Shown one piece after another: positions 1 to 12,690 of a DNA stretch of 64,000 bases (within the stretch, counting starts at the first letter, position 1; every line of letters starts with the position of its first letter). The stretch comes from Flaccisagitta enflata. Lineage: Eukaryota. Position numbers and translations under genes: made by a program. The stretch lies in assembly GCA_965153355.1 (NCBI GenBank), contig OZ231126.1, positions 17,794,001 to 17,858,000 of the forward strand. The letters are read 5' to 3'. The notes beneath the pieces are model-generated. The model saw only the letters and a program-made list of their open reading frames with translations, made no database searches and was not told where the DNA came from.

Positions 1-62
1 AGGCGCCATGAAAACCTTCCGAAAATTATTCGACATTTGGTTTTTTGAGTGAGAAAACAGAG

Positions 63-167
<105 letters not shown>

Positions 168-365
168 GCAATAACAGAAAGAAAGGAAGAATGAAAAGCA
201 AGAAAAATACTCAAGAAAACTAATTTTTTCTTTCCGATCCCCGTGCCTACTCCCTTCACTCTTTACTCTACCTTACACGCGGTGTGAGTCACGTCTGTCG
301 GCCTTTTACCGGTGTTCTCCATCTCGTTTCCACGTTGATTAGATAACAAAAGCCAAAAAGAAAAA

Positions 366-588
366 AACAAGGCCGGATACACGGCTACCCCAGTCGCGTG
401 CGGGTGGGCAGGGGCCATAATTGAGGTCAGTGGAACATTTGGGCAGGAGCAATAAGGCCAAAAACCCCATTAACGCCGAAGAAGTAAAGTGTGACCGATA
501 CACGGACCGATGGACGGACGGACAGACGGACCGACGGACCGACGGACCGACAAAGCGGGGTGTAGAGTCGCGTAGCACGCGACTAAAA
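366..588 (-). mobile_element. DINE-1/HINE-like (Helentron-type) non-autonomous element
   Basis: Terminal palindrome AGTCGCGT-AGC-ACGCGACT, (GGAC/CGAC)n microsatellite, second subterminal copy AGTCGCGTG, and hairpin GCCGGATACACGGC near the other end; embedded in A/T runs with no TSD. Confidence 0.8.
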
Positions 589-1237
589 AGAACATAAAAG
601 AAAAGTCGCGTTCGGGCTGAGTTTTAGACTAATCCTAGGTATAGATTAGGCCCTATCAACAAAGGCAAGAGATGTTCAATACATACGTGCTGCCTTCAGA
701 ATCTTAAGCTGTTCTAGGTTGCACTTTGAATGGTACAATGAGAGATAGAATGGCATTTCTTTATTCTTTAGTATTCTAACGTGCGTCAAAACACGACAAC
801 AAGAAGCTCTGGCCTTTGGTCGGTTAGTCGGTTGGTTGGTTGGTTGGTCTGACGTATTCGTTCGACGATCCACACGAAGCACGCGTACTTCGTCTTCTTG
901 GCCTCGTCTTTTAGTGTTTAGTGTTCGTGATCTTACAAACAGTTTTGATACTAGTATTACCATATGTATCAGTACAGGTATTAGTATTTGAATTACCTTT
1001 AGTATTTGACGATCGGACTTAAGGATGAACATGGCTGAAGCTAATGAAACCTCACGAGAAATATTGATTTGCTTGATTGAGATATATCGTGAGCGATTTA
1101 CCCTGCGTTAATTAACGGCACATTAACGCCTCTAATTAACAAAATTGTTAATAAAAGGCAAAAAAGTACCATTAATTAACGGTAGTTTTTCTGCTGTTAA
1201 TTAACACTTAAAAACAGTCGTTAATTAACACTATATA

Positions 1238-4175
1238 AGGGGTGGCTATTAAAAAACCTAATAGTAACCAGTTTTACTAGCTGAAATTGCTCTTTTCCTC
1301 AGTAGAATTGCAAATTTACACCCTGAGACATCTAGCGATGAAAGCTGCAAAGCTTCGCTGCGTCAGGAGCAAAAACAAAAGAACAATGGGGGTAAATCGT
1401 TATGACAAACAAATTTCAAGTTGCTCTTGGTGACAAATGAAAGTGTGAACTTGAACAACCAAGAAATGATACTCACTTTTTTGCAATTCAAAATATTTCA
1501 TTTATAAGATTCAAATCTTAAGGAGGATGTTTTTTATATGGTTATTGTTTCAATGGGCTTACAAGAGGAACAAAATGGTCAAACAGCAATATGCAAATGA
1601 GTTTGAATGAGTAATGCATCTGGATAAACTGGTGAGGCACATCTTTTGTTTTTTTAACCAATAAAGTTTTAAATCAAATTTAACATGTATACTTATAGAA
1701 AAAAAAAGCAACATGGTAAAAATTTTCCAAGCTAGTACCTTATGTTCTTTCACAAATATCCAGCATCATTTGAACTAATTCATCTTTCCTCAAAATAATG
1801 GAATGATTGACCAACAAGTGAAATGTTTGAATTGAATCTTAAGGTTATCCCTGAAATCTTAGCTTTTTAGGTGTTTAGTTATCGTTTAGGCTCAAAATTT
1901 GAACAAACAAATAGTTGACTAAAGATTGTTAATATTTCTTGCGCTATGATACATTCCCCACATGAACATAAAACCATCCCATCATTTCTATTCAATGATT
2001 TAAAAAAAAGTATGAAAGTTTCCAAACCACATTATGCAAATCAGTTTGAAAATGATAGCATCATCCAGAGGTCAAATTTGATTTTCCATATCTTTTTTTT
2101 AAAGCTGACCCATGGAAAACAACACTTGTGGTCCTTGTACAAAGGCTTTGTCAATATAATGATTTGAACGAAGAATTCTGTGAACACATTATTTCTTCTT
2201 TCTTAATGATCCAAGTTAAATCACCAAATGAACTCAGCTTTGTTAAAAAGCCACAGGCCCACATAAAGTTTTCATTGGGAGGCGACGTTTAAAAGCGATT
2301 GGCCTCATTTGGTTTTTTTTTGGCATTATTTTTCGTTTTGCACATAAGATGGTGTTTTAAGACACACTTTTCTTTCAATCCTTCAATTCAAACAATGATT
2401 AATATCAGATAGTGGATGAGTTAAGAAAGAAGAATATAGTCATAAAAAAAAATCTTCATCTGTAAAGCAAGTGTCGTCTAACAATTACATTTCTCAAGAA
2501 AACAAATTTCTCTGACTACAATATGTAAATTAGATTTTGTGACTAAAATGCAACTGTAATTGCTTAAAATTTGATATCTACCATAACTATAACTTAGCTT
2601 CTCAGGAAAAAAATATAAATAGGAGTCAAAAGAAAACTCAAACAAAAAATGACCATGAACAGAATGTAATCATTCTTTTAAAAGTCCATGTAATCACACC
2701 ATCAAATGTGAGCAGTTAAAACTTATGCGAAACCTTCATTCTTATGAAGAAAAGTCCATTGCCACAATAAGCAAATGATTATTCTTTAAATGGAACATTC
2801 TATGATTTTTTCCTTTTCTGCTTAAAACTTAATTTGCATATTGCAGACCGCACATTTGTCTATATCAACATTTATACAGCTATGAAATAACCCAACGTAT
2901 TTGGAAAAATTGTATAGATAACTTAGAAGACATGATTCAGATAAGCAGTTTTGATCTAAGCTGGGGTATTTGAATATCGCTCTCAGTTGACTGATTATAC
3001 CATCTTTTTTTGCCAAGGTACATGTAATTAGACATATCTTTGGAAACCGATGTTAAGTGGCGTGCTTGAAATTTAGTATATAAATGTTTACCCAAGTGAT
3101 TGATTACCTTCGGGAATCAATTTTTTGAAATTATTTCAGGTATGTTGTGTATTGAAATGAAGTGTAATCACTACACTGAAGAACTGGTTAGTTATTGGGT
3201 ATGCCAATTTGTGAATGTTATTCATTTCTGTCTTGGAGCATTAGAACCACTTGGCAATATGAATTTTTAAACATTTTTAAAGCCCAATCACTTGGAGTCG
3301 GATCCTCATTTCTAAAAATCTCATTTACATATTGCTGTCATCAACAATATAGATTCCTGAACTAACACAGACTAGATAAAGATGAATTGTCTACAAGAAA
3401 TTATACCTTTTCTTTACTATTATTTCATAAAATACTTTGGGTCAGAGATTAATGATGAATCATGTAGACTTTTGATCTCTTAACATTGTGCAAAGATTGC
3501 AGATGATCTCTTTAGTCATAAAAAATGAAACAGTCTGGAAAATACAAACTTTCTTGCTTCAAATCTTAACCAACAAAAAATATGGCTATCGAAAGTTAGG
3601 TGTTGATTCACAAGGTGATTGGAATAGTAAGGCTTTAATGTTTTGATTCTTTCAAAATTCTTGATTGATATCAATATTTTTATTGTCACAAGAAATGTCT
3701 TGAATAGAACTTTGCTTTACTGAACATTGAAAGACAAGTCATTTCTTAAGTTTTAAAACTAATTTGCATATTGCAGTATATTTGTTAAATCACAGCAAAA
3801 CTTTGATTTGAATTTAGTTAAAATGTGTAACTATGAAATAAAGAGTTTTAAAACCAGTGATGAAATCAGAGTTTCTCATTATATCAGTCGGTAAAAAAAG
3901 AAAACAAGCTTTATGATGACAAAAAATTGTCACCTTTGCACCACCCCCTAAATTGTTTTGCTTATACAATCACACCCCATTGTTCTTTTGTTTTCAACTG
4001 TGCTTCACCTAAATATTGGCAGGGGTTTCAAGAAAATCTGAGATTGCTGATCCGTTCTACTGAGCTGCGGATGCTGCATTTTTTAGTTTTTCCCTAGTAA
4101 CCAAAAACGAAACCAAGATGGCCGCCCGTTTCTATGTAAACAATTTTACCATTAGGTTTTTTTTTAGCCACCCCT
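1238..4175. mobile_element. Non-autonomous long-TIR element A, TA-flanked
   Basis: AGGGGTGGCTA..AAAAAACCTAAT at 1238 is inverted to ATTAGGTTTTTTTTTAGCCACCCCT ending at 4175. A further inverted match is AAAACAAAAGAACAATGGGG (~1372) versus CCCCATTGTTCTTTTGTTTT (~3975). TA on both sides; no transposase ORF. Confidence 0.75.
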
Positions 4176-4177
4176 TA

Positions 4178-6339
4178 GGTACCAGGAAATTAACTAAGAA
4201 AAACATTTTTTTATTTTTGAGAAAATTGCTGAAAATAGGTGCTGAAGGTTGTTGTTAATTATCAGGTACCTATATGCTGTTAATTAACATGCTGTTTTTG
4301 ATGTTAATTAACACCCCATTTTAAGCGTTAATTAACACAAAAAAAATATAGATTATTAACAAATTGTTAAAAATATACCATTTTTTTGTGTTAATTAACG
4401 GTTGGAATGTGGTGTTAATTAACATAAAAATCAGCAGGTTGAGTAACAAAATATAGATTGTTAACAAATTGATTTTGTACAGCTACCCTGTTAATCAACA
4501 TGCTGTTTTTGATGTTAATTAGCACATTCAACTGTTAATTAACAAAAAATATGGTGTGTAATTGTAAAAAATATTTCAATTTTTTGTATTAATTAATAGG
4601 AGAAATGTTTATTAATTAACATCAAAGCTGGTGTGTTGAAATAACACAGAAAAAAATAGATTATTAACAAATTGATTTTTTTTGTACTTTGCATTTCTGT
4701 TAATTAACATATATTTTGATAGTAATTAACTTTTTTAATTTCATATAATTATTTTAAAAAAGAAATATAGATTATTAACAAAATATTAAGAATATACAAT
4801 TTTTGATGTTGATTAATAACAAGGTAATGTAGAGTTAATCAACATCAAAAACAACGTTTGAATTAACACAGAAAAGGCCTCTGGGTGTTAAATATAAATT
4901 GATTTTTAGCAGCTATACGTATTAGTGTTAATACATATGTTGTTTTTGATGTTAATTAGCGCCAACTTTCATGAGTTAATTTTCACCAAAAAATATGAAT
5001 TATTAACAAATTGTAAAAAATATACCCATTTTTTTATGTTAATTAACAGTTGAAACGTGGTGTTAATTAACATGAAAAACAGCGTGTTGATTAACACAGA
5101 AAATATAAAGATTATCAACTAATTGATTAGGTAGCTATCGCTGTTAATTTACATGTTGTTTTTGATGTTAACTAACACCGCATTTCACCTATTGATGCTG
5201 CCAAAAAATTGTATATTCTTGATATTTTGTTAATAATCTATATATCATTTTTGTGTTAGTCACTTCCTTGTAAGTGAAGTTAGTGCTTATAAAACAGCAT
5301 GTTAATTAGCGACACAAGTCTAAATCAATTTGTTAATAATCTATTAACTATTTTCTATGTTAATTAACATGCTGCATTTGATGTTAATTAACACCACATT
5401 TCAACTGTTAATTAACACCAAAAAATGGTATATTTTTTACAATTTGTTAATAATCTATATTTTTCTGGTTGTGATTAACGCTTGAAATGTGGTGTTAATT
5501 AACATCAAAACAACATGTAAATTATTAGCGTATATATAAAAAATCAATTTTGTTAATAATCTATATTTTTTTTGTGTTAATTAACACATTGTTTTTGATA
5601 TTGATACTTTATTTCAACTGTTAATTAACACCCAAAAAAGGGTATATTTTTACAATTTATTACTAATCTATATTTTTGGTGTTAATTAACATGAAATGTG
5701 GTGTTATTCAAAAACATATGAAATTAACAATGATATAGCTACAAAATCAATGTAATGTGTCTATTTTTTTGTGTTAATTAACATATGAAATTAGGTGTTA
5801 ATTGCCCTCAAAAACAGCATGTTAATTAACAGCGTGTAAGTACAAATTAATTTATTAATAATCTTTATTTTTCTGTATTTAATTAACATGCTATTTTTTT
5901 TGATGTTAATATTTATTCTCCCGTTAACTAACACAAGTGAATTTTTACAATTTATTAATAATCTATATTTTTGTTAATTAACACATAAAATATGGTATTA
6001 TTGCTCATCAAAAATATAACATATTGATTGCTGTAGCGTAAAGTACAAATCAATTTTATTAATAGTCTATATATTGTTTTTGTGTTAATTAACCCGCTGT
6101 TTTCACGTGTTAATTTACCACATTTAACCGTTAATTAACACCAAAAAATGGTATATTTTTAACAATTTGTTAATAATCTATATTTTTGTTTGATGTATTT
6201 AATAAGTGTTAATTAACATCATTAACATGTTAATGTAGCATATAAATTACCTGATAATTGCTGTAATAACTTCAGCACCTGGTTCAATGAATTTTCTCAA
6301 AAATAAAGAAATGTTTTTCTTAGTTAATTTCCTGGTACC
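4178..6339. mobile_element. Foldback element B with internally repetitive inverted arms, TA-flanked
   Basis: GGTACCAGGAAATTAACTAAGAAAAACATTT at 4178 and its reverse complement ending at 6339. Arms are built of ~105-110 bp units (ATAGATTATTAACAAATT on the left, AATTTGTTAATAATCTAT on the right) rich in GTTAATTAAC. Symmetry centre is near 5.2 kb. Confidence 0.85.
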
Positions 6340-7060
6340 TATATAGTGTTAATTAACGGTGTTAAAGTACTGTTAATTACCATGGCCAAAATCAGGGACG
6401 ATATACCAGGCTTGATTAGGCTTTCCTTTTGCTGATGCTATCAAATTAGTCTTTTAATGCTTTACGCAACGATTCCCACACACGAGATTTTTTTAATAAT
6501 TTATTTCAGACGAATTTCCTGGCATACGTAATCATTGAGTCTCCTAATGAGTTGAATTGTGTGTTTGAGGTCCAAACGAAATACAAATAATCATCATAAT
6601 AAAAGTTCAAAACAAGCGACTATCACACCGAAGACTAAATGTAGATATAAATGATTTTAGTGGCTATGGTTGTCAAATGTCACCGACAGATGGAAGGGTG
6701 GTTGGACGGACAGAGCCTTCCATGGAGGTGGTCTTACGGAAGGGCGGACCATCTGGTTGTAAAGCGATAAAATCACATAAGGTGCCATCATTACGGTCTT
6801 TTTTCCATTTTCCATGGCCCACCTACCTCAATAAAGCTAATATCTTTGAAATCCGCTTGTAACGAATCATTTCTTTTTATCTCTTTGTTGGCAATAACAG
6901 AAATCCGCCAATAATGGAAACAATTTATCGGTACCTTGACATCCGTTATTGCGGGGTGTAACCATCTTCTATCGAGGGCGCCATCCAAGATGTCTTTGCA
7001 CTCTTCGCTATCTTATCTCCAATTATCCAATTATCCAATTAACGGATCTTCATCTATGTA

Positions 7061-7567
7061 CAGTAGATGTCATCTAGACTTGGAAATACGGGGGCCCTCA
7101 TATCCTAACTACATTTTGCGCCAATGAAATGAAACTGTGTCTGTATACTTAACCCATATCCTATAGGGGTTGATAGGGTATGTAGCTCACATGGATAGAA
7201 AATTCTTTGAATAGCAAAACAAATTTGCTCTGCTGAAACAGCTGCTGGAATTGGTCTAGTGGTTAACTCACTTGACTTCAAATCCCTCTTGATCAATTTG
7301 TTTCTTTAAAAGTTCCAGGTTCGAATCCCAGGCTGGTTTTGCAATTAAAGCAAATAGATGAAGCTGAAATTCTGCCATAAAAGTGATTGATCCTAACATT
7401 TTATACTAAAAGTTTTTTTTGTAAGGTAAGCCGTAGGGGGGATGCCATACCCCATCGTCAACCCCTTAAGGTCTGTACATTACACTACCAAAATATCAGT
7501 CCCCTCACTGCACTGATGCTGAGGTTATGAGCTCCCCCGTATTTCCAAGTCTAGACGACATCTACTG
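7061..7567. mobile_element. Tc1/mariner-type MITE, TA TSD
   Basis: ~45 bp TIRs, CAGTAGATGTCATCTAGACTTGGAAATACGGGGG and CCCCCGTATTTCCAAGTCTAGACGACATCTACTG; TA on both sides. Confidence 0.85.
7244..7340 (+). pseudogene. tRNA-like/Pol III promoter remnant (A box, B box, T-run) inside the MITE
   Basis: TGGTCTAGTGG (7252-7262), GGTTCGAATCC (7318-7328) and TTTT (7337-7340). The cloverleaf stems do not pair well. Confidence 0.45.
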
Positions 7568-7776
7568 TACTGATCAGTAATTAAAACATGCCAACAGTCA
7601 ATTCAAACGTTTAGCGTAATAGAGGGACATGTAGAACAATTGGTACTCCCACAACTTGAATTTCGATTGAACCGCATTCGCGACCAAATTTGCGTGCTTT
7701 GAAAATTGGATTAGTACCGATTAGGTTTGTAAAACCTGGAGGATACTTGAAAATTATCAGGGCTTTTCTTTTTTGG

Positions 7777-8320
7777 GGGCAGCGGTCCCAAAGGAAAAAA
7801 GGTGCTGTAGAACACAAGAGAAATCTGTCTGTCCATCAATACATCTGTCTGTCTGTACGTCCATCCTTACATTCATTTGTCCATTTGTCCCCCCTGCCTT
7901 TCCTCCGGGCTTCGTTTCCGTCACGACCTTTTCACATTTTCATTTTTTTGTTGATTTTTCATGTTATTCGATGGAAATTCTGGACATTTTTTTTTGTCAA
8001 TTTTCCATGTTATTGAATGAGAATTTTGCATTTTTTTGCCAATTTTCTTTTTTTTTTTGTTTTTTTTTTTTGTTTTTTTTTTTTTGCATTTTATATTTTT
8101 GGTCAATGTTCCATGGCATTCAATGAATTTTGGCATCTCATACAGATTGATGGATGAACGGACGGACGGATGGATGGATGGACCAATTAACGGTTGGATG
8201 AACGGATTCCCCCTGTGTTCTACAGGACTTCATCCCCTTCTGAGACACTGCCCTTCTCCCCCTCCACTTTAATCACTAACTAATAAAGCAGAGCACGGGT
8301 TCCGCTGACCATTTTCTGCT
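7777..8320 (+). mobile_element. Non-autonomous repeat with ~50 bp inverted repeats flanking GTCY/GGAY microsatellites (second dispersed family)
   Basis: GGGCAGCGGTCCCAAAGG..CTGTAGAACACAAG (7777-7820) is inverted to CCCTGTGTTCTACAGGACTTCATCCCC..CTGCCC (8211-8253). The same head occurs at 36001-36050 and a similar tail CGGGT.CCGCTGACCAT at ~46427. Confidence 0.6.
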
Positions 8321-8593
8321 TTTAGGCTGCTGTTCTTTTCCTTTTTTCTCTCTCTTTTTCTCTACTTCTACTTTTACTTCTTCTTCTTCCTCTTCTTCTT
8401 CTTCTTTTTTCTTCTTTATTATCTAACTTCTTCTTTAATAACTTCTTTCTTAACCTATTAACTTCTTTAACTTCTTCTTCTTCTTCTTCTTCTTCCTCTA
8501 ACTAACTTTTCTTCTTCTTCTTCTTCTTCTTCTTTTCTTCTTCTTCTTCTTTACTTCTTATTTTTATCTCAATCTCTTTGTGTAAGTCTCAGC

Positions 8594-8766
<173 letters not shown>

Positions 8767-9102
8767 TGAGAGTTGTAAATACCATAAATAGCTCGGAAGC
8801 CATGATTTTATCACCATGGCCATGGAGATATATCCATTGCAGACAGTTGATTGATTTACAGAAGCAATTGTAATTAGTATGGACTGAGAAGAATAGAGAA
8901 GACCTGGTGATTAATTGCAAATCAGAACTGTAAAAGTTTAGTTTAATAGACGAGCAGATTAACGGTCCAACGGAAGACGGACCGACTGATAAAGGACTTG
9001 AGTTGTCAAGTTTGCTCGTTTGGATATTTTTAGTACTTCCATTTATCTACGTAAAAGGCAGACAGACACACGGACAAAAAGACATTGAAAAACTCAAATA
9101 CA

Positions 9103-9164
<62 letters not shown>

Positions 9165-9688
9165 GAAGGAACATACATAAATGAAGCGAAACGACAGACA
9201 GGCTGAATGAACTGAACAAACATACAGACGAACGGAGCAGACGAACAGACAGACGAACATACAGATAGATAGACAGACGGGTGGGCGGACGGAGCGACAT
9301 AAAGCACGAACGAACGAACAGACGGGCAGACAGACGAACGAACAGACGCAGACGGAGCGGGCGGAGAGACTGGCGAGCAGACAGACAGACAGACAGACAG
9401 ACAGACTGACAGTTATAGTTGTGTCAAATGGAACGTCCATTGCGGATTGTTTGATGGCATCAATAGGTTAATGGGAGGCTGGCAGGCAAACGAGAAAAGG
9501 CTCGATAAAAAGGAAAATTAGCTTTGATGTATGATCATATCACATTTAGACATTGAACATGAAAATTATAGCATTAAATGAAAATTATAACATTAAAGAC
9601 GCTTCCCTTTTTTTTTTCTTTTTTTTTAATAGACAGAAACGTGCTTCTTATGAAAGCAAATCGAAAGTATAATATCAAATGGTAGAAA

Positions 9689-9817
9689 AAACAAGGCTGG
9701 ATACACGGAAATCCAGTTGCGGATGGTTAGGCAGGAGCAGATTTCAAAAATGTGACGGACGGACCTACCGACCGACCGACACGGCAAGGTGTAGAGTCGC
9801 GTGTCCGCGACTAAAAA
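9689..9817 (-). mobile_element. HINE-like element, internally deleted (GTCCGCGACT subfamily)
   Basis: AACAAGGCTGGATACACGG...CACGGCAAGGTGTAGAGTCGCGTGTCCGCGACTAAAAA; nearly the same ends as 52627-52793. Confidence 0.75.
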
Positions 9818-11353
9818 CTTAATGCAACCAATTTCTTCTCTGCTCACCAAGGATTCTATATGAGAATTTTGTTTTCTTAATCGCTTCGTGATCGGTCCGT
9901 CGATCAGATCTTCGTTCTCACATTTTTTGTCCAGTAAGGTTTTTGTCTTTACCCATCCGACGGTCTGTCCATCAGTCAATATGTTTCGGTTCTTCGTCTC
10001 TTATACTGCCCCTGCCCATCGATACGCAACTCTTTAGGCGGGTTTCATTTTCACAAAAGCAATGAAAATCCTTTATTATCGGTAATGTTCTCCAACAGAA
10101 AGGGAAAAGCTTAGTAATAAACGTTAAGACCAAATGGTATATCGAGCCATTTAACGCTAAGCCCATTGGCGAGGAGCATTTAAAATTCCAATCGTTAAGT
10201 CGGAGATAACGGAGGAAAAAAAATGCTGTAAAGCGCTGGATCATTATTGGATATTTATTAATGTGAATACGTGAGCGAGTGAAGTTACCGACACGACGGC
10301 GATCCGGGCGAGGACCGATAGATTCTTTTTCTAAGGGGTTATCAGATAGAATTAGAACTAAGTAGTGCTCTCAGCGATACTTACTATGGCAACAAAAGAG
10401 TGAACAACCACCTTGTCTCAAACTTTGCTTAGAGGAAAGGGCTTTAAAGTATTAACTACGTGGGGGGGGGGGGGGGCTTAGCCTGAGACGCTCATCTGTG
10501 TCATGGTTTTACCAGCGTGTGTCTTTACGACCCACACTGAGTGTCGGCAATGTTGTTGCAATGCCCCAGGATCTTAAACTAAACACTCTCGGTCCATCTT
10601 TTTAATCGCGCCACTGCATCAAGTGCATGCGCTTGTGTGTCAGTCGTTGGCTCATTTTGGTCTCGTATTTACGTGCGACTTTACAATCCGCTTTGTCGGT
10701 CCGGCCGTCTGTCTGTCTGTCCGTCAAATTGTTTCACTACATGCGGCCATTATACTTGCCAAACTTGTCCGGGTGGTACTTGGTGTCAGAGCAACCCGAG
10801 TTTGTAAAATCATAAAACTGATTAATTTTTTCGCGAAATCAAAGTACAGGTAATTTTCTGTTACCAAGATAACTGTGTATATTTTCTTCTTTTCTTTGAA
10901 TTTGGCAATTTATTACGAATATTCTGTGGCAATCAGAAAAGTTCGGCTTGCTGTGGAGAGGAAGAAATAAATGCAACCAAAAAATGAAATTCGCCGCAGA
11001 AATTTTGACGGTTAGAAAACATGGAGGGAAAGAGTCCAGCTTCCGTTATCAACATAAGTCAAGAGTCTGACTGGACCATTTACTTCACCTAAATCGGGGA
11101 GGGAAAATGTTTTGAGTTATCCATCAAAACATCATAGAGAGCAACGAGAAGAAAATAAAAGGCAACACTAAAAAGAGAAACAGCCCAAAACGTTTGAAGA
11201 GTTAAGTTTGCTGTTAAACTGGTAACCAAATATGGGGTGGGGAGGAGAGGGAGTCTCCGGGAAGGAAGTAACCAAGTTTTGAATAAATCATAACAATATG
11301 ACAAAAGTTAAACACCCGGGCAAATGAACAATATTGACTGTGAGGCTAGGCAT

Positions 11354-11414
<61 letters not shown>

Positions 11415-11715
11415 CCATGAAATAAGTGGCCCTAAAGTTGATGTGAAGTCAGAAACTGTCTATCTTCATGGGTCACTAGGCGGAGAAGCGTCCTTGACCA
11501 GACATGGAGAAGACCATGGAGGTGGTGGGACTGGATCATGTGCCAGGAAAAAAAACAAACGTGTACAGATCTGGCATGAAAGATGATGAATGAATAGAAT
11601 GGGAACATACCAGGGAAAACAAGAAAAAAGATGAAAGGAGACATACCATGAGTTTTCTTTAAAAGAAACACATTTAAGAAAATAACATGCGTATGAAGGG
11701 AAGAGTTTTCTTTTA

Positions 11716-11910
11716 AACAAGGCGGATACAGCTACAGTCATCTTTTGAGTGGGCAGGAGCCATTTAGGAGTCACCAGACCATGTTGGCAGGAGCAGTGAG
11801 GTCAAAGAAATAAGACCTTAAAAAAAGTAAAGTGTGACCTACCAACCAACCGACCAACCGACCGACCGACGGACAAAGCGGGTTGTAGAGTCGCGTGCAC
11901 GCGACTAAAA
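11716..11910 (-). mobile_element. HINE-like element
   Basis: AACAAGGCGGATACAGC...(CCGA)n GGACAAAGCGGGTTGTAGAGTCGCGTGCACGCGACTAAAA. Confidence 0.8.
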
Positions 11911-12193
11911 AGTGTTTAAATTGATTGTGTACGGGAAAAATCTGGACATAGTCATTTCATCTCGTAATTTTCAAAAAGATTGGCATCTGGAAGTCTCAAA
12001 AAGGTGAAATCTAAAATTTTTTTAGGATATGAAGGGCTGTGACGTACAAATTGAAATGATTTCTCAATTTCTAAAAAAATGTTCATGTCTTCACTCAGGT
12101 TTTTCCCTGACGAAGGTCGTTTGCTCGAAATATATCGGGAGAATTATTCATGTAATAAAATGTCCCTCAAAGTCGCTTTCGAATTTTCCCGAA

Positions 12194-12340
12194 AACAAGG
12201 CCGGATACACGGCTACCGAAGTCGCGTGCGAGTGGGTGGGGGCAGTGATAAAACATGCTAACTCAAGCAATTGGGCAGGAGCAGTAATGCAAAAGAAGAC
12301 CGACATAGCGGGTTGTACAGTCGCGAGTACGCGACTAAAA
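12194..12340 (-). mobile_element. HINE-like element lacking most of the microsatellite
   Basis: AACAAGGCCGGATACACGGCTACCGAAGTCGCGTGC...AGTCGCGAGTACGCGACTAAAA. Confidence 0.8.
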
Positions 12341-12631
12341 CTTGAGGCGGTGCTGTAAATTGGTATGAATGATTGAACACAGATTTCGGCAAAAATTATA
12401 TATCAACGGCCAAATGGAATATTTGATGAGATGCCAAGAAACAGGAGAGATTCCCAGCCAAAGGATCTGGTCGTAGACAAGACCATTGGCACTGAGAGAT
12501 AGCCAAACTTCGCATCGGAATAAAAAGGGGAGGAACCTAGAACATTAAGACAGATATATTTATCGTTGTGGAAAGGAAGTGCGAAGTTATTGACTATGTA
12601 AACACCCTGCTCTTTACAGTTTCAGAATGGG

Positions 12632-12690
<59 letters not shown>

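Larger units (their letters stand above)
1079..6409. mobile_element. Composite foldback-type element (outer TIR element containing two inner TIR elements)
   Basis: Ends are TATATCGT...GATTT and AAATC...ACGATATA (inverted). Inner arms are CGTTAATTAACACTATA (~1219-1235) and TATAGTGTTAATTAACG (~6342-6358). The direct repeat GCTTGATT flanks both sides (1071-1078, 6410-6417). Confidence 0.65.

Noticed and set aside
1238..4175. Autonomous transposon with a transposase gene
   Set aside because: Only short ORFs with no DDE-like motifs; AT-rich repetitive interior.
7244..7340. Functional tRNA-Sec or UGA suppressor tRNA
   Set aside because: The acceptor, anticodon and T stems do not pair adequately.
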